From the NCBI GenBank assembly GCA_035533595.1, contig DATLTN010000006.1:12566-76565 (forward strand): a DNA stretch of 64,000 nucleotides. The letters are read 5' to 3'. The notes under the pieces were generated by a model. That model was not told the DNA's origin and ran no database searches. It saw nothing but the letters and a program-made list of their open reading frames with translations. The stretch comes from Acidimicrobiales bacterium (GTDB lineage: Bacteria > Actinomycetota > Acidimicrobiia > Acidimicrobiales > Bog-793). Position numbers and translations under genes: made by a program. Below, one piece after another: positions 57,397-64,000 of the stretch (positions within the stretch are counted from its first letter, which is position 1; every line of letters begins with the position of its first letter).

Positions 57397-59130
57397 GTGC
57401 ACTTCAACAACAGCAGCCGACGCGCCCGGCCGCGGCTCGCGGCGTTCGCGGGCCTCGCCACGCTCGTCGGCGCGGCCGCCGTGGTCGCCACTCCCGCCGC
57501 CGAGGGCACGACCCGCACGGCGCGCGCCATCGTGCTCACCGGGCACGGCTGGGGGCCGGGGATCGGCATGGGCCAGTGGGGCGACTTCGGCGACGCCGTG
57601 CAGTACCACGAGACCGAGACGCAGATCCTCTCCCACTTCTACGGCGGCACGACCCTCTCCAACCTGGCGACGCTCGGCGAGAACCCCGATCCCCCGGTGC
57701 GGGTCGTGATCCTCGAGAACCTGAACCTGAAGACCAACGTCGGCTACGACCCCGTCGTCACCTCGACGAGCGGCTTCACGCTGACGAGCGGACCCCTCCC
57801 GGCGGCCACCACCACGACCACCACGACCACCAGCACAGTGGCAGCGACCGGCGCGACCGGCGCGACCGGAGCCAGCGGCGTGAGCGGCGCGACGGGCGGG
57901 ACGGGCAACAGCGGCGGCTCGGGGGCGAGCGGCGCGACTGGCTCGGTCACAGGCCCCTCGGGCTCGGGCGGCTCGGGCAACAGCGGCCTCGTGACCCCCG
58001 CACCGGGGGCACTCACGGTGCCGGCGGGGGAGGCGGTCGACCTGCGGATCCAACCGGACGGCACCTTCGACGCCTATCTCGGCGCGAGCTGCTCCGCGGC
58101 CCGCCAGTCGACGAGCGCCGTCGCGACCGGCCTCAGCAATCCGATCGCCAACCCGCCGAGCAGTTCGCCGAGCGCGCCGCGCAGCGCGCTCCTCACCCTC
58201 TGCCGCCACGACGGGGTCGACGAGGTCCTGCGTGGCGCCGTCGAGGCCTACGACCGCTCGGGCTACGCGCGCACGCTCAACCTCCTCCCGCTCGACTCGT
58301 ACCTCGCGGGCGTCGTCCCCGCCGAGGAGTCGGCCTCCTGGGGGGCCGACGGCGGCTCGGAGGGCGCTCCCCAGGGCGAGCCGTGGGGCTTCCAGGCACT
58401 TGAGGCGCAGGCCATCGCGGCCCGTTCCTACACCGTTGCCGCTGCTGCCGCCGGTGGCTGGAACGGCTACGCCGACATCTGCGACACCGACCAGTGCGAG
58501 GCCTATGTCGGCGCGAACTACGAGTACGCGATCACCGACCTCGCCGTCGCGGACACCGGGGGCCAGGTCCTCACCGGCGCCCGCAACGCCGTCGTCGACG
58601 CCCGCTTCTCCGCCTCGACGGGAGGGTGGACCGCGCCGGGGGCCTTCCCGGCGGTTCCGGACGCCGGCGACGCTTGCGTGGTGCCCGGCAACGCGCTCCA
58701 GTGCAATCCCAACCACACGTGGCGTCAGAGGCTCACCGCGGCGTCGATCGTGCGCCACTACCCCCGCTTGGGGAGGCTCGTCGGGTTGCGCGTCATGAAG
58801 CGCAACCACGACGGTGTGCTCGGTGGTCGGGCGCTCATCGTGCTGCTGCGCGGCACCCGCACGGACCTGCGCGTCGGCGCCGGCTCCTTCACCGCGGCGC
58901 TCGGACTGAAGTCGGACTGGTTCGCGGTCTCGCGCGTGCTGCGCGGCCCGGTGGTGGCGACGCCCGTCGGGGCGAGCGGCGCGACCGGGGTGACCGGTGC
59001 CACCGGCGTGACCGGCGCCACCGGCGTGACCGGCGTCACGGGGGCGACCGGCTCCACGGGCGTCACCGGGGTGAGCGGCGCCACGGGGGTCACGGGCGCG
59101 AGCGGCGCCCTCCCCGTGACCGGCGCCTGA
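57397..59130 (+). CDS. Secreted SpoIID/LytB domain protein with internal poly-Thr/G-X-Y insert and C-terminal collagen-like G-X-T repeat tail
   Basis: The GTG start at 57397 is uncertain. A signal peptide ([27 protein letters not shown]) is present. The SpoIID motifs are [55 protein letters not shown] and [10 protein letters not shown]. Confidence 0.8.
   Translation: MHFNNSSRRARPRLAAFAGLATLVGAAAVVATPAAEGTTRTARAIVLTGHGWGPGIGMGQWGDFGDAVQYHETETQILSHFYGGTTLSNLATLGENPDPPVRVVILENLNLKTNVGYDPVVTSTSGFTLTSGPLPAATTTTTTTTSTVAATGATGATGASGVSGATGGTGNSGGSGASGATGSVTGPSGSGGSGNSGLVTPAPGALTVPAGEAVDLRIQPDGTFDAYLGASCSAARQSTSAVATGLSNPIANPPSSSPSAPRSALLTLCRHDGVDEVLRGAVEAYDRSGYARTLNLLPLDSYLAGVVPAEESASWGADGGSEGAPQGEPWGFQALEAQAIAARSYTVAAAAAGGWNGYADICDTDQCEAYVGANYEYAITDLAVADTGGQVLTGARNAVVDARFSASTGGWTAPGAFPAVPDAGDACVVPGNALQCNPNHTWRQRLTAASIVRHYPRLGRLVGLRVMKRNHDGVLGGRALIVLLRGTRTDLRVGAGSFTAALGLKSDWFAVSRVLRGPVVATPVGASGATGVTGATGVTGATGVTGVTGATGSTGVTGVSGATGVTGASGALPVTGA
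57808..57987 (+). repeat. In-frame low-complexity insert: T8 run followed by ~15 Gly-X-(Ser/Thr) triplets
   Basis: It translates to [60 protein letters not shown]. Confidence 0.9.
58969..59127 (+). repeat. Collagen-like tandem 9-nt repeats (17 G-X-Y triplets, mostly GAT/GVT)
   Basis: It translates to [53 protein letters not shown]. The DNA is ggcgcgaccggggtgaccggtgccaccggcgtgacc... Confidence 0.9.
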
Positions 59131-59169
59131 ACCGACCATGCACCCGGGCGGCGCGGGATAGCCTGCCCC

Positions 59170-60267
59170 GTGGTCAGCCCGGCGGCCGCGCCCACGCGAT
59201 CGAGGCGATTCGCGGTCGCGCGTTTCTGCCTCGGCCTCGCCCTCGGGGGCCTCGTGCTGTGGGCGCTGAACGGTCAGCGCGGCGAGCTCATCGGGGCCTC
59301 GAAGGCCCTCTCGCACCTGCGCCTCGGATGGTTGTTCGTCGCCGCCGCCTTTGAGGTCGCGTCGTTCGTCTGCTTCGGCCTGCTGCAGCGGCGGCTGCTG
59401 CGCGCCGGGGGCGTGCGTGTCAGCGCCGCGTTCGCCACCCTGCTCACCCTCGCGGCGGGGGCGCTCGCCAATTCCGTCCCCGCCGGCCCCGCCTTCGCGA
59501 GCGTCTACGCGTTCCGCCGCTACCGCCGCAAGGGTGCCGACGACGCGCTCGCCCTCTGGGTCCTCCTCGCCACGCTCGTCTGCGCGGCGCTCGGCCTCGG
59601 CCTGGTCGCGACGGCGGGCGTGGCCCTCGCGGTGGAGGAGAGCACGAGCTACGACCTCGTCGGCGTGGTGCTCGGAGTGCTCGTGATCTCACTCGTCGCC
59701 GACGCGGTCGTCTGGCAGCGGCGCTGGCTCGCGCACGTGGTGGTCGTCCTCCTGAGCGCCCTGCGCCGCCTCACCGGCCGCCCGCGGCGCGAGGCGGTGC
59801 ACATCGTCGCTGACCTCCTCGAGCGCCTCACCGCGGTGCAGCTCGGGTGGCGCGACCTCGGAGCCACCGTCCTCGCCGCCGTCGGCAACTGGGCCTTTGA
59901 CTGCGGGGCGCTCACCGCCTGCTTCCTCGCGGTCGGGGCGCCCGTCCCCTGGAGGGGCCTCCTCATCGCCTACGGCGCGGCGCAGCTCGCCGCCAACCTG
60001 CCGATCACCCCGGGCGGCCTCGGCGTGGTCGAGGGCAGCCTCACCGTGGCCCTCGTCGCCTTCGGTGGCAGCGAGCTGTCGACGGTCACCGCCGTCCTCT
60101 GCTACCGGATCGTGAGCTTCTGGGGCTACCTACCGGTCGGCTGGCTCACCTTCGCAGTGCTCGCGGTCGCCGACCGTCGTGCCGACCGGGCGCGAGCGCA
60201 CTTCGCCGCGCACCTCGGCGAGGTGGGCGCCGTGACCTCACTGTCCCCCGAGGAGGTGGCCAGATGA
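59170..60267 (+). CDS. UPF0104 / lysyl-PG-synthase-TM-like (flippase-like) membrane protein
   Basis: It has about 8 hydrophobic segments and the characteristic ANLPITPGGLGVVEGSL motif near the C-terminus. Confidence 0.75.
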   Translation: MVSPAAAPTRSRRFAVARFCLGLALGGLVLWALNGQRGELIGASKALSHLRLGWLFVAAAFEVASFVCFGLLQRRLLRAGGVRVSAAFATLLTLAAGALANSVPAGPAFASVYAFRRYRRKGADDALALWVLLATLVCAALGLGLVATAGVALAVEESTSYDLVGVVLGVLVISLVADAVVWQRRWLAHVVVVLLSALRRLTGRPRREAVHIVADLLERLTAVQLGWRDLGATVLAAVGNWAFDCGALTACFLAVGAPVPWRGLLIAYGAAQLAANLPITPGGLGVVEGSLTVALVAFGGSELSTVTAVLCYRIVSFWGYLPVGWLTFAVLAVADRRADRARAHFAAHLGEVGAVTSLSPEEVAR

Positions 60268-60716
60268 AACCCCCGAGCCCCAGCCACCGTCGGGCCCTCC
60301 TCCTGCTCGCCCTCGCCCTCGCCCTGGCGCTGAGTGGCTGCACCTCGCCACGCGACGCGCTCGGCACGAACTCGAGCCCCTGTTTCCGCGCGCTCGCGGT
60401 GGCCAAGGACGCTGTCGGCGGCCGCGGCGTCTACGACGGCGTGCGCTACCTCGCCGCTCAGGCCCTCGTGAGCGCGCTGCACCGCGCCGAGCACTCGGGC
60501 GCGCGCCCGCCACGCGCGCTCGCCGAGGCCAGGGACGCGGTCTGCGCGGTCAACTACCGCGGCCGCTTCTCCTCAGGCGCGGTGCGCTCGGGCTGGCCCG
60601 TCGGGCGCGAGCGCGGGCGCTTCGCCGTCGTCGCGGTCGACGCGAAGAGCGACGCAGTGCTCGGGACCCTCGTCCTTTATCGCCCGCTGCTGCGCTTCTC
60701 CAAGGTGCTCGCCTGA
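60264..60716 (+). CDS. Hypothetical lipoprotein
   Basis: The ATG overlaps the upstream stop (ATGA). The lipobox is LALALALS-GC-T. I recognise no other domain. Confidence 0.6.
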   Translation: MKPPSPSHRRALLLLALALALALSGCTSPRDALGTNSSPCFRALAVAKDAVGGRGVYDGVRYLAAQALVSALHRAEHSGARPPRALAEARDAVCAVNYRGRFSSGAVRSGWPVGRERGRFAVVAVDAKSDAVLGTLVLYRPLLRFSKVLA

Positions 60717-60881
60717 CCGTCGGTCACGAAGGACGGTCGCCGGGCGCCCGGGGCACGCGGTCACGCCCCCTCGCCGTGCGACACCACCGCTGATCATCTG
60801 CACGCCGGCGCGGCCGGCCCCGGCCTCCCCGCGGCATCGGCAGGTTTCGGGAGCCCGCGCTCGGGAAAAAGTTGCAGAGGG

Positions 60882-61610
60882 CTGGCGCGCGGCCACTACC
60901 TGGCGATCATGACCATCGCGCTGCTCACGATCTCCTGGACGCTCGTCGACGGCTTCCCGAACTTCCTCGGCGGCGCGAACGGCCTCGACCTCATTCCGCA
61001 GCCGCTCGTCTCGCTCACGAGCTCGTTCGAGAGCTACCAGTACATCTTCCTCGGCATCTGCGCCGTCGCCGGGGTGGCGACCTTCATCTTCTGCGAGCGC
61101 TTCGTCCGCTCACCGCTCGGCCGCGCCGCGCGGGCGATCCGCGAGAACGAGTCGGCCGCCACGACCCTCGGCATCAACCCCGCCGGGTGCGGCTGATCGC
61201 GACCGTCTGCGGGGGGCGCTGGCGGCGCTCTCGGGGGGCTGCTCGCCGATTACGTCACGGTGTGGGGCGTCGAGCCGTGGTCCTTCGCCGAGATCTTCCC
61301 CGCCGCGGCGGCGATGATCATCGGCGGGCGGGGCAACAACTACGGCCTCGCGCTCGGCACCTTCATGACCTACGTGGTGGTCGGCCAGGGGATCGGCTTC
61401 CTCCCCGGCATCTCCTCCGACCCGCAGCTCGGGTACGCCCTGCAGCGGATCACCTACGGCGTCGCGCTGCTCGCCTTCTTGTGGTTCCGCCCGCAGGGGC
61501 TGCTCCCCGAGCGAAAGGCGCGTTGGCGGTGCGAGCGTGGCCGGGAGCTGAGCTCGACCGCGCTGCAGGGCCAGGCGTCCATCTCTGGGACGGCGTGCTC
61601 CCGTGGCTGA
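60882..61610 (+). pseudogene. LivM-like branched-chain amino acid ABC permease remnant (5'-truncated, at least two frameshifts)
   Basis: LARGHYLAIMTIALL...FLGGANGLDLIPQP...SPLGRAARAIRENESAATTLGINPA is in one frame. RVRLIA follows in a second frame. ALAALSGGLLADYVTVWGVEPWSFAEIFPAAAAMIIGGRGNNYG follows in a third. The N-terminal ~110 aa of a normal LivM are absent. Confidence 0.8.
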
Positions 61611-61761
61611 GCCGCTCCTCGTCTGCGAGGACGTGAGCTGCGCCTTCGGCGGGGTGCGGGCCGTCGACGGGGCGACCCTCGAGATCGAGCGCGGCAAGGT
61701 GACCGGCCTGATCGGCCCGAACGGCGCCGGCAAGAGCACGCTCGTCAACCTCATCTCCGCA
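61603..61761 (+). pseudogene. LivG-like ABC ATPase 5' fragment (Walker A only)
   Basis: GTG 61603 overlaps the livM-frame stop. It translates VAEPLLVCEDVSCAFGGVRAVDGATLEIERGKVTGLIGPNGAGKSTLVNLISA, then similarity ends abruptly. Confidence 0.75.
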
Positions 61762-61762
61762 G

Positions 61763-62125
61763 TGGACCAGGGCCGACCCGAAGGCGGGGACCCCGGTGCC
61801 GCCGCAGTACGACCTCTACGACGGGCTGGACATCATGGCCCTCGCGATGGACGAGACGCACTCCTCGAGCCCGAGCGTCTACGTGCAGGACATCAAGAAG
61901 GGCACCGACAACCCCGGCGGCGTGGTGGTTGGGAACTACGCCCAGGCGGTCGCCGACCTGAAGGCGGGGAAGAAGATCCAGTACGAGGGAGCGGCCGGTC
62001 AGCTGGTGTTCAACCAGTGGAACTGGCCGCCGGAGGGGTTCCAGCTCCTGAAGCTCACGGCGAGCGGCTCGCTCACGGCCGTCTACACCCAGATGGCGAG
62101 CTCGGTGGGCAACTACTTCAAGTAG
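61763..62125 (+). pseudogene. 3' fragment of a Liv-type periplasmic substrate-binding protein gene
   Basis: The ORF ending at 62125 translates PPQYDLYDGLDIMALAMDE...AVADLKAGKKIQYEGAAGQLVFNQWNWP, typical of the C-terminal lobe of a type-I SBP. It has no signal peptide or N-terminal lobe. Confidence 0.7.
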
Positions 62126-62146
62126 GGAGCAGGCACCTCAGGTTCG

Positions 62147-62191
62147 GACGGCCCCCTTCGGGCAGCAGGTCGCTGCAGAAGGGGGCCCGTC
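62147..62191. terminator. Long GC-rich stem-loop between convergent genes (putative bidirectional terminator)
   Basis: GACGGCCCCCTTC (62147-59) pairs with GAAGGGGGCCCGTC (62178-91) with one bulge. An inner GCAGC/GCTGC stem is also present. The hairpin lies between the stop at 62125 (+) and the typA stop at 62239 (-). Confidence 0.6.
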
Positions 62192-62238
62192 CCCCTCGTC
62201 GTGATCAGCCGCGGATTGGCTGTGCCCTCGGCAGCGGC

Positions 62239-64000
<1,762 letters not shown>

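Overview
This 64-kb window is very GC-rich (about 70% or more by eye) and densely coding. Its gene order looks like an Actinomycetota chromosome. GTG/TTG starts and 1-4 nt start/stop overlaps (GTGA, ATGA, TTGA) are frequent. Most long ORFs in the six-frame track are GC-bias artefacts that lie antisense or out of frame to real genes.

The backbone is housekeeping:
- rne-rplU-rpmA-obg-proB-proA
- nadD-rsfS
- an mtrA-mtrB-like two-component pair with a lipoprotein gene
- xerC-rpsB-tsf-pyrH-frr-cdsA-dxr-(M50 site-2 protease)-ispG-GNAT
- clpP, and typA (cut by the window end)
- one tRNA-Leu(UAG)

Envelope and accessory genes are interspersed:
- a MoxR/VWA pair
- a PA14-containing GH3 glycosidase
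- a secreted poly-Thr/repeat/GH25-like protein
- a MacB-type ABC exporter
- a DUF929-VKOR thiol-oxidation pair
- a membrane-tethered SbcC/SbcD-like pair
- a GT39 (PMT/ArnT-like) glycosyltransferase
- a ~13.5-kb cell-surface glycan cluster at 47.2-60.7 kb. It holds an FG-GAP propeller, four GT4-type genes (one a double GT), a Wzm/Wzt exporter, a SpoIID/LytB protein with collagen-like G-X-T repeats, a UPF0104 flippase-like protein and a lipoprotein.
- a decayed Liv-type ABC operon at 60.9-62.1 kb

I found no rRNA, CRISPR array, transposase, prophage or recognisable named anti-phage system, and I cannot point to one discrete clearly novel system.

The best leads are:
1. the unnamed ~42-aa 'GYWL...FGDAPF' repeat protein with a hexanucleotide-encoded poly-Thr stalk;
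2. the SpoIID protein with collagen-like repeats inside the glycan cluster;
3. a 330-nt coding-like frame after wzt that has no canonical start and sits +1 to wzt across a C5 run;
4. the SbcC-like ATPase with a hydrophobic hairpin where a zinc hook would be.

All functional calls rest on motif recognition by eye and synteny. No database search was run.
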